Positions 27,573 to 39,110 of a stretch of 64,000 bases of DNA are shown here, one piece after another. Positions within the stretch are counted from its first letter, which is position 1; each line of letters begins with the position of its first letter. The notes below the pieces were generated by a model. It saw nothing but the letters and a program-made list of their open reading frames with translations. It did not search any database and had not been told where the DNA came from. Made by a program: the position numbers and the translations under genes. Source of the stretch: Porphyridium purpureum (lineage: Eukaryota); assembly GCA_008690995.1 (NCBI GenBank), contig VRMN01000001.1, forward strand, positions 2,542,001 to 2,606,000, in the 5' to 3' direction.

Positions 27573-29678
27573 TTATTTCTCCTTCTTCTCGGCATACAGC
27601 GCTTGAATTTGCTCTTTGTACCGTTTCTTCAACCCGGGCCGTTTGAGCTTCATAGACGGAGTCATACACCCATTCTCAACGGTGAAAACCTGACCAAGTT
27701 CGTCGCGCTCCTCCGTCATGTCCACAAAAAGCTTTGGAATCTTTTCCGCTGGCTGCATGTTGTTCTGCTTGTGGATCGAAGCGAACTCTTTCAAGAAAAA
27801 GCCTTCGGGGTCACCACCGGCAATTTCCTTGCGCGCTTGGCCTGAAGGCACTACGACAGCAATCAGGTGCGGCCGGGATGAGTCGCCGTATACCCAGAGC
27901 TGCCCAACATATTCGCTGCGCGCATACTGGTTTTCGACTTTTTCGATTGCGACATAGTCCCCGTGGCTTAATTTCGTGATATTCTTCTTTCGATCGACGA
28001 TGCGCAGAACTCCATTTTCTGCAAATGAGGCCACGTCGCCCGTGCAGAAGAACCCATCCTCTGTCATATTTTCTGCGGTTTGCTTCTCATCCTGATAATA
28101 GCCTGTGGTGATGACGGATCCGCGAACCAAGAGCTCGCCGCGTGGGTACGGTTCATCCGTTCCGTAGTAGTCCATTTCTGGAATATCTCTCAATCTGGCT
28201 TCACAAACAGGCAGCAGGTAACCAACTGATCCGGTCACGTTATACTCTGGGTCCGTGACCGCAATGCCGCCCGTCGTTTCTGTGGCGCCAAAGCCTTCAA
28301 GCACGGTACTAATGAAAACGCATTCCAAAAACGAACGCGTTTCCGCCGGCAAAGGTGCAGCGCCACTGAAAAAGCACCGGATGCGAGGCATGGCCTTGGC
28401 CTTAATTGACGAGAATACAAACCGATCCAACAGATGCGAACGATTCTTCGTACCGCCTTCTTTGATGTATCCGAGTTGTTTCTGGAGCGCCCACTCAAAC
28501 ACATTCTTCATGACAAAGCCCGCCTTTGCAACCTGCGCGCGCACGCCACTTTCAAAGCGACTCAGCACTCGCGGTACTGCAGGAAGGATGGTTGGTGCTG
28601 CCAATGCCAGCTCTTTCTGGAATGCCTTCATGTTGCCGGATGAAAAAGCAATGGCGCAGCCGACTGACATGTACGCGAGCTCCACCACCTGCTCGAAAAT
28701 GTGGGCCAGAGGAAGGAAACTGAAAGAAATGTCGCCCGGCCCGGCGTTGAGCCTGGCCACGCTCGAAAATTTGGCTAGGCCGGCAATCTCAGCAATCATA
28801 TTTCCATTGGTGATCATGGCGCCTTTCGGGTCGCCCGTCGTCCCACTGGTGTACATAATTTGGGCGAGATCCTCCTTCGAGCCCGCATGAATCTCCTTCT
28901 CCACTTCTTCTTGCGTTACTTTCGCACATGTTTCCTCCAGTTGCTCCATCGAGAGAACGTTCAGCGAACCCATTTTCAGTGGGGCGGTCGATTCTTCCGA
29001 ACCCGGCGGCGCGGACAGACGAACGACGCACTCGAGGTTTTCACACGACTCGGCGACCTCGCCGAGTTTTTTAAAGTTTGATTGCCCGGCAAAAATCACC
29101 TTGACGCCTGAGTGGTTCGCCACGAACGCAATGTGCTCGTCAGGAAGATTATCGTAAAGCGCAACTACAATAGCGCCGAGCGCGTTTGTTGCAAGCATCA
29201 CGAGCTGCCATTCAGCGCAATTCTTCGAGAAGATACCGACCTTGTCGCCCGGTTTGATGCCAAGTTGTGATTTCATGGCAAACATGAGCCGATTGATGCG
29301 GTTGTATGCTTCTGCGAACGAGCTGTACGAGTACTGACTTGCCGTTTTGTCCAGCACACCAAACAGCGGCTGATCAGGGTACTTGGAAACTGCGTTGCGG
29401 AGCACGTCGTGCAGCTTTTCGATTGCCAGCTCGCCCGTCCAACCACCGGACTCGGCCAGCATATGCCCGCCGCCTTCGTTGTCCAGCAACGTGCTCACAC
29501 GAATCGGCGTCTGCCCGTCCGCATACTTGTCTGCTGCATTTCGCTGCCGCGAGTACGTCCTCGCCATACTTGCCGCCATGTTTGCGCCCGCTCTACGTCG
29601 CCACGACCGGCGCTGGATCACCTCAGCTCCTCCTCGTTCGTCGTCTTCTCCTCTCTGTCCTCCCGAACAAACGCGCAT
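27573..29678 (-). CDS. Long-chain acyl-CoA synthetase (LACS/ACSL)
   Basis: IMYTSGTTGDPKG, FLPLAHIFE, EGFGATET, YPRGELLVRG, FCTGD and IVDRKKN. The start may be 29579. Confidence 0.95.
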   Translation of the reverse strand: MRVCSGGQRGEDDERGGAEVIQRRSWRRRAGANMAASMARTYSRQRNAADKYADGQTPIRVSTLLDNEGGGHMLAESGGWTGELAIEKLHDVLRNAVSKYPDQPLFGVLDKTASQYSYSSFAEAYNRINRLMFAMKSQLGIKPGDKVGIFSKNCAEWQLVMLATNALGAIVVALYDNLPDEHIAFVANHSGVKVIFAGQSNFKKLGEVAESCENLECVVRLSAPPGSEESTAPLKMGSLNVLSMEQLEETCAKVTQEEVEKEIHAGSKEDLAQIMYTSGTTGDPKGAMITNGNMIAEIAGLAKFSSVARLNAGPGDISFSFLPLAHIFEQVVELAYMSVGCAIAFSSGNMKAFQKELALAAPTILPAVPRVLSRFESGVRAQVAKAGFVMKNVFEWALQKQLGYIKEGGTKNRSHLLDRFVFSSIKAKAMPRIRCFFSGAAPLPAETRSFLECVFISTVLEGFGATETTGGIAVTDPEYNVTGSVGYLLPVCEARLRDIPEMDYYGTDEPYPRGELLVRGSVITTGYYQDEKQTAENMTEDGFFCTGDVASFAENGVLRIVDRKKNITKLSHGDYVAIEKVENQYARSEYVGQLWVYGDSSRPHLIAVVVPSGQARKEIAGGDPEGFFLKEFASIHKQNNMQPAEKIPKLFVDMTEERDELGQVFTVENGCMTPSMKLKRPGLKKRYKEQIQALYAEKKEK

Positions 29679-30706
29679 CTCCTTCCCGGCTCACCACTGG
29701 CACTCCACGCGGAAGCAAAACGGCCAAATCCAGTTGACTGAACCACTGGAACAGGCAGCTGTACCGTCGACCTGTTTTCCAGCTTGTGTTGAGCGCGTTC
29801 GCGTGAACCACAGCGCGACGCTGACGCCATGTGCTGGTAAAGGCGGAGCGCGGCAACTGCAACTGCGTCACCAGACAGCCCGTGGTCTGTGATCCGTGCG
29901 CCGATCACATGAGCGCCTTCAAGCAGTTCGCGTGATCGTGAGCACTGACCGCTCTTATCGCCACGGCCACAATCGTGCTGCGAGCCAACCGTCGGCACGC
30001 TGAGGCCCACATGACGGTGTGATGTGGCGCGACAGAATGCGCAAAGGCACCTCTGCTAAAACCTGAGAAACGGCGGGAATGTGTCACGTGTATGAAAGCG
30101 GGCGCGGTGTCGTGCGAGTGAAATCTGGACTGTGTTCCAGTGTAGTCTGCGGCCAGTGTCGAGCTCGCGCGCATGGCAAAGCACACTGCGCAGGGGCCCC
30201 CTGTGCCCAGCCAACAGTTTCAATGCCATGAACGCCGGTGTCTGCCAACGTCCATGTTTGTCGTTTGTCGCAGCAGCGTGGATGCACCCTGCGAGGAAAC
30301 GTCCTCGCCTGCTCTGCGTTCTGTCACCCTTGTGGGCTCTCCACACCGAGCGTCGGAAGCTACTGCGCTCCGAACACGCAATACTTGGTAAAGTGCGGTG
30401 CGTTTAGTGCGATGAGACGCGACTCAAATTTGGTGGTGCCCACGCGCGTTCTCAAAACAGCCATGAAAACAAGCGGTTTCACTTGTACTGGTGACGAAAG
30501 AATCAGGAAAAAGCGCACGGGAAGCTTGACAAGGTGGACGCCTGTGTGTGAGGAGGGGGTAAGAGCGAAGGAAGAGGAGGGGGAGGGGGAGGGGGAGAGA
30601 TCGGAAGGAGATTGGGGACGGTGACGTCCTGGTCGAGGGTCGCTTGACGAGGTGAAGAAGCGAGGGATGGGGATCAGTCCGAGGAAGAGAAAGGTTTGGG
30701 CCAACC

Positions 30707-33400
30707 ATGGAGGCTCATGTGCTCCCCACAGACGTTGCTTTGCCCGTGCCGGAGGCCCTCACGGTGGTGCCGGTGCTGTGCCGGAATAAGGCTCCCGGAA
30801 AGGGAGTGGGGGTGGCTGGAAGGCCTCTCAAAAGTATCTACACGAATGCCTGGCAAATTCGGCCGAGGCCCAACGCCGCTGATATCCACATGTGGGATGT
30901 GGAGGTACACGGCGTCGGACGTCGCGAGGGAATGCGGTTCGACACCGACAAGAAATGCGTCGCATTGAACCGCCGCATCATGCGGGAGATGCAGAAGGTT
31001 CATCGCAGTGTTTTTGGGGACGCGGTTGTTGCGTACGATGGCCAGAAACTCCTGCTGACAAAGAAGCCGCTTAACATTGCGGGCGAGGCAGGTTCGGCGA
31101 GCTTGGTCGTCGAGCTCAAGGACGAAAGTGGCACCCAGCGCGAGGCGGAATCATTTCACGTTTCTCTTCGCTTCATTGACGTGCGAAGTTTTCAGGAGCT
31201 CACCGCGTGGTATCAGGAGCTCGCGAGGAATAGCGACCAATCTTACCCTCAGGACGTGATTCAAGCTCTTGATCTTGTAGCACGTGCGATCCGCGCTGAC
31301 GTGGCCATTACGGCGGGCCGCAACGTTTTTGATCCAAACCTGGCAAATTCACGCCCAATTCACGGCGGCTTTCACATCTGGCGCGGATGGTATCAATCAA
31401 TTCGGCCTGCTGCCGTAGGGATGGTGCTTAATGTCGAGCTTGCCTTCTCTGCGTTTCTTCAGGAAGGATCAGGATTGAATGTCATGCAGAACGTGCTTGG
31501 CCTGCCTTCTTTGCAATCGAGCCTTCGAGACTCTGACGTACAAGTCTTATCGAATGAGCTGGCAGGATGCCAGTTTTACGTTCAACATACTAGGTATCGT
31601 GTGAAGGCCCGCGTCGCAAAAATTGATCGTCAGAATGCACAAACAAGGACATTTACACTTGAAGAAGGCGGCAGAAGCAGAGTTGTTTCTGTGGCAGACT
31701 ACTTCCGCGAGAAGTACAGCATCCGACTGAGTCGCCCCGATCTTCCTCTGATTGTGGTGAAAAAGGGCGCGACGCGGGAAACAGAACGTTACTCGTACTT
31801 TCCGTTCGAGATTGTGACGTTTGGTCCGGGGGCGCAGAGGCGACAGCGCATGGTCACCCCAAGGCAAGCACAAGATGTGATCCGCGCTGCAGCAGTGCGA
31901 CCGAATGAGCGCATTCGTGACCTCAAGCACATTCTTACCGCGTTGGATTTCAATAAGAATTCGTCCTTCGCGTCCATCATGGAAGTGAATCCGCAGCCAT
32001 TGAAGCTACCGAAAGCGCGCCTGCTAGACACTCCCGACGTGCTCTATGGTCCAAAGGTAAAAGGAGGCAGACTAGAGAGTGTTCGCCCCAGGGACGGCGC
32101 CTGGAACGTTCGAGATACCCCTTTGTTTGCGCCTGACCCCGAGGGCTTGCATGCGTATGGTGTCATCTGTACCGTCCCGGAAAGAGTTTTGCGCGCGAGC
32201 GACGTCATTGGTTTTTTCAAGCAACTTTCGAGCATCGGAGAGCGGAGCATGTACAGAATGGCCCCACCGGATCCGCAATTCTTAAATTACAGTCGTGAAG
32301 ACCAAACGCAAGGCGCGCTAGAAAAGATGGCAGCATCGGTAGCTAAGAAGTTCGGCAAGGTGCAGCTCATTTTCGTGCTGACAGACCGCGGGGATCCCAA
32401 GTGGTACCAAGCTGTGAAAACGTTCGGTGACACTCGGCTAGGCGTCGTGACCCAAGTCGTGAAGAAGAAAAATGTCGAAAAGAAAGACCCGTCAACATGT
32501 GCGAACATTATTTTGAAATTGAACGCAAAAGTGGGCATGCAGGGTAAAAACCATGTAACGGCACCACCGAGGGGCTCGCTGAGAAATGCGTTTGAGGACA
32601 AGCCCTTCATGGTGCTGGGAGCTGATGTCACGCATCCACATCCCGGTTCTTCGCAGCCCAGCATTTCGGCTTTGGTTGGATCAGTGGACCGAAACATGGC
32701 TCGCTACGCTGGAGAAGTAATGCGACAGGAGAACTCGAAGCAGGAGCTGATCACTTCATTCCGAGACTCACTCATCAAGATTCTGGATTCATTTGAGAAG
32801 ATTCAGGGCGGACGCTTGCCGGAGTCAATTGTCATGTTTCGCGATGGTGTCGGAGAGGGCATGCAGGACGCCGTTCTTGCAATTGAACTGGACGGTATCC
32901 GCCAGGCCTGCATCGCGAAGAAGGTGAATTTCATGCCGAAAATTACGTATCTCACTGTGAACAAGCGTCACAAGTACCGCTTCTTTGCGAGTGAAAAAAA
33001 TGAGTGCGACCGAAACGGAAACGTTTTCCCGGGCACAGTAGTCGATGATGGCGTTGTGAATCCAATGTACTACGAATTCTTCTTGACGACGGCCGTTGCC
33101 CTGCAAGGCACGGCCAAGCCATCGCTGTATCGTGTTTTGTACGATGAGTTGAACTTCACTCCTGATCAGATCCAGAACCTGGCCATGCGGCTCTGCTTTT
33201 CGTACGCACGCTGTACAAAGAGTGTCGGAGTATGTGCGCCCACATACTATGCGCACCAGTTGGCTTTCCGTGGGCGAGCATATGCAGGAGATGATGACGA
33301 CGTGTCAATCTCTTCGTCGTCCGTGGGTGGTGGGAGCAGCCTGCAGGCCGAATTCCCGAGCGTCCACGTCGGAATCAAACACAAAATGTTCTACTGCTAA
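30707..33400 (+). CDS. AGO: Argonaute (AGO clade; N, PAZ, MID, PIWI)
   Basis: AYDGQKLL, GWYQSIRP, SVADYFREKY (PAZ), GVVTQ, NIILKLNAKVG, GADVTHP, RDGV, QGTAKP and PTYYAH. Confidence 0.97.
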   Translation: MEAHVLPTDVALPVPEALTVVPVLCRNKAPGKGVGVAGRPLKSIYTNAWQIRPRPNAADIHMWDVEVHGVGRREGMRFDTDKKCVALNRRIMREMQKVHRSVFGDAVVAYDGQKLLLTKKPLNIAGEAGSASLVVELKDESGTQREAESFHVSLRFIDVRSFQELTAWYQELARNSDQSYPQDVIQALDLVARAIRADVAITAGRNVFDPNLANSRPIHGGFHIWRGWYQSIRPAAVGMVLNVELAFSAFLQEGSGLNVMQNVLGLPSLQSSLRDSDVQVLSNELAGCQFYVQHTRYRVKARVAKIDRQNAQTRTFTLEEGGRSRVVSVADYFREKYSIRLSRPDLPLIVVKKGATRETERYSYFPFEIVTFGPGAQRRQRMVTPRQAQDVIRAAAVRPNERIRDLKHILTALDFNKNSSFASIMEVNPQPLKLPKARLLDTPDVLYGPKVKGGRLESVRPRDGAWNVRDTPLFAPDPEGLHAYGVICTVPERVLRASDVIGFFKQLSSIGERSMYRMAPPDPQFLNYSREDQTQGALEKMAASVAKKFGKVQLIFVLTDRGDPKWYQAVKTFGDTRLGVVTQVVKKKNVEKKDPSTCANIILKLNAKVGMQGKNHVTAPPRGSLRNAFEDKPFMVLGADVTHPHPGSSQPSISALVGSVDRNMARYAGEVMRQENSKQELITSFRDSLIKILDSFEKIQGGRLPESIVMFRDGVGEGMQDAVLAIELDGIRQACIAKKVNFMPKITYLTVNKRHKYRFFASEKNECDRNGNVFPGTVVDDGVVNPMYYEFFLTTAVALQGTAKPSLYRVLYDELNFTPDQIQNLAMRLCFSYARCTKSVGVCAPTYYAHQLAFRGRAYAGDDDDVSISSSSVGGGSSLQAEFPSVHVGIKHKMFYC

Positions 33401-33874
33401 TTTCAGTCGAAAGACCGGCGTGGAGGTGAATTCTGTGCACGTGAGACGCAACGTGTGTTGTCTTTTCCCCCTATGGCCGGATAGAAGTAGAGTAATGTAT
33501 TTCTGTGAGAGCTTGTGATGACTTGGCCTTGGATCCCGTGCTTTTTTGTTCTTACGATAAATGGTATTTCGCATGCGCTACCATTGTGGGCCCGAACGTG
33601 CCGCGTCTCGCCAAGCACGAGCATCGTTAGAGCTCGGCTTTGGGCAGAACGCTCGCGCGGATTGAGCGCTTCATCTCTCGATCGCCTAGCGACACATACG
33701 AAGCGGTCGAACGTGTCGGACTGTACTTTGCAAAACCGGAACAGAACCGCTCGCGCGGATGTATTGCGGATTACGGAAGCCTGGGAACGTGCGGTGACGT
33801 GCACGCTGGCGTCACGGTCGTGGAGCGGTCGAAGCGCATGTTCGTGCCGTGGCCTCTGAGCCCCGCCGTGCGCC

Positions 33875-35998
33875 ATGGGACGCGAGCGCAGTGGGCTGGG
33901 TGAAGGCCCGACAGCGCGTGCTATCCTGTTCTCCGACCTTCGCGATTTGGTGCCTCTCGCTACGGGAGGCGGCGCCAGCGTATTTCGATGCTCAATGCTA
34001 GACGCAGCGGGCAGTCCGCAGCAGGTCGTCGCCCGCAAGGCGCGAATCACGTCTCTGGACGCACTTGAACGCTTTGAGGCAGAGCTCAGGTTGCGTCTGG
34101 ACAAGGAGCTGCTCGGGCGCCCGCATGAGGGCTTGTTGCCGCTGCTGGCGTATTGTGACACAGCGCCAAACTACGTGCTTGTGTCGCCTTATCTACCCGG
34201 CGGAAGCTTGTTCGACGTGCTGCACAAGAAGGGTGCGAGGTTCGGCTTCAGGCGTGTCTTAGAGCTTGCTATTCAGCTGGCCAGCGCTGTGCATCACTTG
34301 CACGAGCATGGGCTTCTGCATCGAGACTTGAAGACGGCAAATGTTCTTCTGGATGAACACTTGCAGCATGCTGTACTGTGCGACTTTGATTTAATGGTCG
34401 AAAGGAAGCAGCTGGTTGGCGGTTCGAGCACGGGAAATGGCGCCGATGCCTCCATGAGCGCCGACAATCGCATGGAGACGACACAGTATGTTGGGCGCGC
34501 CGATCGCCAGGGCCCCTCTGCTGGACGTTTGAAGCAAATGGTAGGCACGCTCGTTTATCTGGCCCCGGAAGTCCTCAGAGGCCAGGTGCACGATTTTGCT
34601 GCCGACATTTATTCCCTGGGTATTGTGCTGAATGAACTTGCGTCCGCTTGTGTGCCATATGTTGACAGACAACTGCCGGAACCTGAACTTCACACCGTGC
34701 TGGAGACGCGCTTTAACCAGCTTCAGCTGCGCTCGGCGATTGTGGCGGATGGCCTTCGTCCTGTGCTAGCTGCACACGTGCCTTTGCAGTTTTCCCAACT
34801 AGTGGAATTGTGCTGGCATCGTGATGCTTCAGAAAGACCGTCCGCTCACAATGTGCTGAGCGAGCTTCGCGAGCTCGCAGCGCGCGGGGACATGTATCTC
34901 GCAGATTTCTCGGCAGCGGCTGGTGGAGAAGTCGACTCGGTGGTACCATCATCTTCTGTGGCACATGGCCGTGGCGCTCTGTTCGCGCGTGCGATCGATG
35001 AGCGGGCTCGCCTCGAGATGAAACGGAAGCTTTTGGCAGAGCAACCATACTCGGACGATAGAATACCTGCTCATTGGAAGAGTGAGTGGAAGCCGGACTC
35101 TGGCCAGCTTGTGTCTTCATTGTGGGCAGGACAGGCCGCCACGTGCGGGAAGCGAGGGGAAGATCGAATGGAAGACCGTTCTTTGATATGCTGTATTGAG
35201 GACAAGGTCAGAATGTTCTGTGTTTTTGATGGTCATGGTGGCTTTGAAGCCGCCGAGTTTGCGGCATTGATGATGCCTGCTGCGTATGTTTGTAGTGCAG
35301 AGCACGAAGGCATTGATCCGGAAAGCGCGCTGGTACACGCTTTCGAAAGAGTCGACCTTGCATTACGATGCGCGCACAGCCCCCGCACCGCCTCGGGAAG
35401 TACTGCGTTAAGTGTAGTGGTGATGCCGAGCCCGTCGCCTGCTCCCGAATGTAGGACGGGTGAACGATGGCTTTCCTTGTACTTTGCCAATGCAGGCGAT
35501 TGTCGGGCCGTGCTTGCGCTCGACAGCGAAGAGTATCGGCTTTTGACCCGCGATCACGTCGCTGCTGACCAGACTGAGCATGATCTCGTGGAGGCGCGAG
35601 GAGGGTTTTTCGCTGACAATGGTCGTGTGAATGGGAAGCTTGTCGTGACTCGTGCTCTGGGTGACTACGAAGTCAAACCTGCCGTAAGCTGCACTCCCGA
35701 AATTTCAGTGCTGCATTTAGTTCAAGAGAGCGACAGTAGCGTGGGTGACCAGTTGTATGTGGTGGACGACAGTGACAGTGGTAGCAAGAAGGTGGCGCAA
35801 TTTCTGATTCTTGCCACGGATGGTATTTGGGACGTCATGAACGAAGCAGATGCCGTCCGACTGGTGCGCTCAACTGCGAGGGATCCAGATATGGCGTCCA
35901 AGCGTCTCATGATGGAGGCGCTTGCGCGAGGGTCGTCGGACAACATCTCCGTCGTGGTCGTGTTCTTGTCCAAACAAGATCGAATCGTGCGTCTCTAA
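33875..35998 (+). CDS. Protein kinase-PP2C phosphatase fusion
   Basis: Kinase motifs HRDLKTANVLL, GTLVYLAPE and DIYSLG; PP2C motifs RMED, FDGHGG, NAGDCR, TRALGD, ATDGIWD and GSSDNIS. Confidence 0.93.
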   Translation: MGRERSGLGEGPTARAILFSDLRDLVPLATGGGASVFRCSMLDAAGSPQQVVARKARITSLDALERFEAELRLRLDKELLGRPHEGLLPLLAYCDTAPNYVLVSPYLPGGSLFDVLHKKGARFGFRRVLELAIQLASAVHHLHEHGLLHRDLKTANVLLDEHLQHAVLCDFDLMVERKQLVGGSSTGNGADASMSADNRMETTQYVGRADRQGPSAGRLKQMVGTLVYLAPEVLRGQVHDFAADIYSLGIVLNELASACVPYVDRQLPEPELHTVLETRFNQLQLRSAIVADGLRPVLAAHVPLQFSQLVELCWHRDASERPSAHNVLSELRELAARGDMYLADFSAAAGGEVDSVVPSSSVAHGRGALFARAIDERARLEMKRKLLAEQPYSDDRIPAHWKSEWKPDSGQLVSSLWAGQAATCGKRGEDRMEDRSLICCIEDKVRMFCVFDGHGGFEAAEFAALMMPAAYVCSAEHEGIDPESALVHAFERVDLALRCAHSPRTASGSTALSVVVMPSPSPAPECRTGERWLSLYFANAGDCRAVLALDSEEYRLLTRDHVAADQTEHDLVEARGGFFADNGRVNGKLVVTRALGDYEVKPAVSCTPEISVLHLVQESDSSVGDQLYVVDDSDSGSKKVAQFLILATDGIWDVMNEADAVRLVRSTARDPDMASKRLMMEALARGSSDNISVVVVFLSKQDRIVRL

Positions 35999-36509
35999 CA
36001 CGGTGAAGGTCATGGCGGGCTGTCGTCCAGCGTCAGTTCCGGTTTTTTTCTGAATGAACCGTTTACAAATTATATTGAAATGACGCCAAACCATGAGGAC
36101 GTGCCAATCCGACTTGAACCCGAGAGTTCAAAACGGTTCCGAGCTGTGGACGCTGAGAACTGGTAAAGTCGCTGTACCTTGCAGCTGTCCCTTTCTTATT
36201 TCCACGGTTCTATTTTTTAACAATAAAAATGGCTTAAATGAACTGTACCAAATGTACAGTGCTATCACCGACGACGTGCGCGGTTGTGGTGTGGAAACGA
36301 AGGGCGAAGCGAGGCAGGGGCGGCTGGTGTGTGTCGTGTCGCGGTAGAAGGTATAAGCAGCAGTGGTGAAGCAGCTGTTTCGATCACGCAGCTCAGGCAA
36401 CTCATCACAAGCTTGAACTCCACTCGGTGGGCTGCGCTGTGCGCCGGTTGTGCCGCGTGTGGTGCGAAGGTGCTGCCGTGTGGGCGTGGACTGAAGTCTT
36501 CACGCTGCC

Positions 36510-38843
36510 ATGGGGGAAGGAGACGAAAAGAAGAAGAAAAAGAAGAGCGGCGGTGGCGATGACTGGATTAAGGCGGAGAAGGCCAAGTTGAAGGCCATGG
36601 AAGCGGCGCTGGAAGGAGACGGCGCGGGTGCAAGCGGCAAGGGCACCGGGAAGGTGAAAGGAAAGAGCAAGGAAAAGACCGCGACAGCAGCACCCGCCGC
36701 GGCCTCATCTTCGTCGGCCAAGTCCACTGCTGGCTCTCATACTTCTGGCGCCGGGTTGTCGACCAAGGGGGACAAGACGCAGCAAAAACAAGCCGCAGCA
36801 CAACCGTCGGCGAAAAGCAAGACGTCAGGCACAGGAGCTACCCAAACTTCTACGCCTGCCGCAGGGAAGAAGGCAAGCGTTAAGCTAAAAAAGGCGGCGG
36901 CAGGCGCAGCAGAAGACAAGGAAGATGATTACTTGGCAGGCTTGGACCTACCGTCAGACGATGAGTTTGACTATGGGCGTCATGGTGACGGTGAGGATGA
37001 CGATGGAAAGGAAGTGGATCAGAAGAAGTTGGCGAAACGCGCTGCGATTGATGATAAGGAGGCGCGCAAGAAAGCGAGCCGCGAAGCAGAAGCGATGGCG
37101 CGGGCGATGCAGCAGAAGCAAGAGGCAATGATGGAAGACGAGTTTGTTTACGACGTGTCGTTTGCCGCGGATAAAATGCAGACTTCCAACGAGAACGCGC
37201 GCGATATCAAAGTGGCAGACCTGACAATCCGTGTGGCAGGCAAGATGCTTTTCGATAACACGGAGCTTACCATAGCTCATGGCCGGCGGTACGCATTGAT
37301 CGGACCAAACGGGCACGGGAAAACGACCATTATGCGTCTCCTCGGAAGCCGCAAAATCCCTGTCCCGGAGAACATTGACTTGCTGCTGGTGGAGCAGGAG
37401 ATGGATGGTACGAATCTGACAGCCCTAGAGGCTGTGCTGAAGGCAGACTTGGAGCTCATGAGATTGCAGGACCTCCAGCACGAACTGGAACAGCTGAGCG
37501 TTGATGACCCAGAGCAGGCAGACGCGCGCGCGGAAGAGCTGAATGAAGTATACGACCGTCTAAAAGCATTAGATGCGTCGACAGCGGAACCTCGAGCTGC
37601 TAGAATTCTCGCCGGTCTTGGTTTCACCCCAGAAATACAGCGGCGTCAGACAAATATGTTTTCTGGTGGTTGGCGCATGCGCATCTCTTTGGCGCGCGCT
37701 CTCTTTATTGAACCAACACTGCTGCTGCTTGACGAGCCCACAAATCATCTGGACTTGCGCGCAGTGCTGTGGCTGGAGGAGTATTTGCGAAAATGGAAGG
37801 AAACGCTGGTCGTCGTCAGTCACGATCGCGACTTCTTGAACTCCGTCGTCACGGACGTGATCCATGTGCACGATCACAGGCTCGACTTTTACCGCGGCGA
37901 CTTTGAGATGTTCTACACGATGATGGAGCAGCGCCGCCAGGTGGCCAACAAGCAAGCAGACAAGTATGAGAAGTCCGTCAAGGCCGCGAAGGCGAAGGGG
38001 GACAAGGCCGCGCAGGAGAAGGCTCTGCAGAAGGCCAAGATTGACGCAAAGAAGTCAGGGGCCAAGGACGTGGACCTGCGCAGCGCGCCGACGCGCTGGA
38101 AAGATTATTCCGTGAATTTTTCCTTTCCAGAACCCACGGAGCTGACCCCGCCGCTATTGCAGCTCATTGACGTATGCTTTTCGTACCCTAGTCGCGAAGA
38201 CTTTGGCATGCGTGACATTAATTTGGGCGTCGACATGGGAACTCGCGTTGCGGTCGTTGGCCCGAACGGTGCGGGAAAATCCACCCTGATGAACTTGCTT
38301 GCGGGTGACCTCGTCCCGACGGCGGGAGAGTCGCGGCGGCCTCAGAAATTGCGCATCGGAAGGTACTCGCAGCATTTCGTCGATGTACTGGAGTACGACG
38401 TCAATCCAGTGGAGTACCTCTTGACTAATTTCCCCCAAGCTGGACTCAATGGGCAGCAAATGCGCGCAGTGCTGGGTCGATTCGGGCTTCCTGGAGCCAA
38501 TCATCTGCAACCAATTGTGAAGTTGAGCGGAGGCCAAAAGGCCCGCGTTGTCTTCAGTGCAATCAGCCTGTCTCAGCCGCATATTTTGCTTCTGGATGAG
38601 CCCACAAACAACTTGGACATGGAGTCGATCGATGCACTCGCAGAAGCACTAGTTGCATTTCCTGGCGGTGTTGTGCTGATTTCGCACGATTCGCGCATCA
38701 TTTCTCGCGTATGTGAGGATGAGACCATGTCCGAAGTTTGGATTGTGGACAATGGAACCGTGCAGCGCCACAACGGCACATTCGAGGATTACAAGCAGGA
38801 ACTGATTGCCGAAGTCATCGCGGAACAGGCCGAGGAGCAGTAG
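36510..38843 (+). CDS. ABC-F family ATPase (ABCF1/plant ABCF4-like)
   Basis: Two nucleotide-binding domains (GPNGHGKT, FSGGW, LLLDEPTNHLD; GPNGAGKS, LSGGQ, LLDEPTNNLD), no TM segments, and a Lys/acidic N-terminal extension. Confidence 0.95.
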   Translation: MGEGDEKKKKKKSGGGDDWIKAEKAKLKAMEAALEGDGAGASGKGTGKVKGKSKEKTATAAPAAASSSSAKSTAGSHTSGAGLSTKGDKTQQKQAAAQPSAKSKTSGTGATQTSTPAAGKKASVKLKKAAAGAAEDKEDDYLAGLDLPSDDEFDYGRHGDGEDDDGKEVDQKKLAKRAAIDDKEARKKASREAEAMARAMQQKQEAMMEDEFVYDVSFAADKMQTSNENARDIKVADLTIRVAGKMLFDNTELTIAHGRRYALIGPNGHGKTTIMRLLGSRKIPVPENIDLLLVEQEMDGTNLTALEAVLKADLELMRLQDLQHELEQLSVDDPEQADARAEELNEVYDRLKALDASTAEPRAARILAGLGFTPEIQRRQTNMFSGGWRMRISLARALFIEPTLLLLDEPTNHLDLRAVLWLEEYLRKWKETLVVVSHDRDFLNSVVTDVIHVHDHRLDFYRGDFEMFYTMMEQRRQVANKQADKYEKSVKAAKAKGDKAAQEKALQKAKIDAKKSGAKDVDLRSAPTRWKDYSVNFSFPEPTELTPPLLQLIDVCFSYPSREDFGMRDINLGVDMGTRVAVVGPNGAGKSTLMNLLAGDLVPTAGESRRPQKLRIGRYSQHFVDVLEYDVNPVEYLLTNFPQAGLNGQQMRAVLGRFGLPGANHLQPIVKLSGGQKARVVFSAISLSQPHILLLDEPTNNLDMESIDALAEALVAFPGGVVLISHDSRIISRVCEDETMSEVWIVDNGTVQRHNGTFEDYKQELIAEVIAEQAEEQ

Positions 38844-39110
38844 GAGAATGGAGATCTTGGTAATAGTCAGCAGGGAGCTGCGATGCGGGCGCTGGGGGAG
38901 AAAAGATACCAGTATTACGGATTCCGGAGAACAGTAAAACAACAAGGCTGAGCCATACAGAGAATGCATTTGCTTGTCTCAGAGTATCTTGTACCAGAAG
39001 AAGAACAAAAAGAGAAAAGAACAGGCTATCGCCCTCGAACTTAAGCGTGAAAAAGAGCACGGCTTCTTCGCAATCGGAATGAAAAAATCTTGCCCTTGGT
39101 ACTCCCCAGC

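Noticed and set aside
13036..33400. Functional cluster of Argonaute and the retrotransposon
   Set aside because: They are 12 kb apart with unrelated genes between them; proximity in a eukaryotic genome is not evidence of a system.
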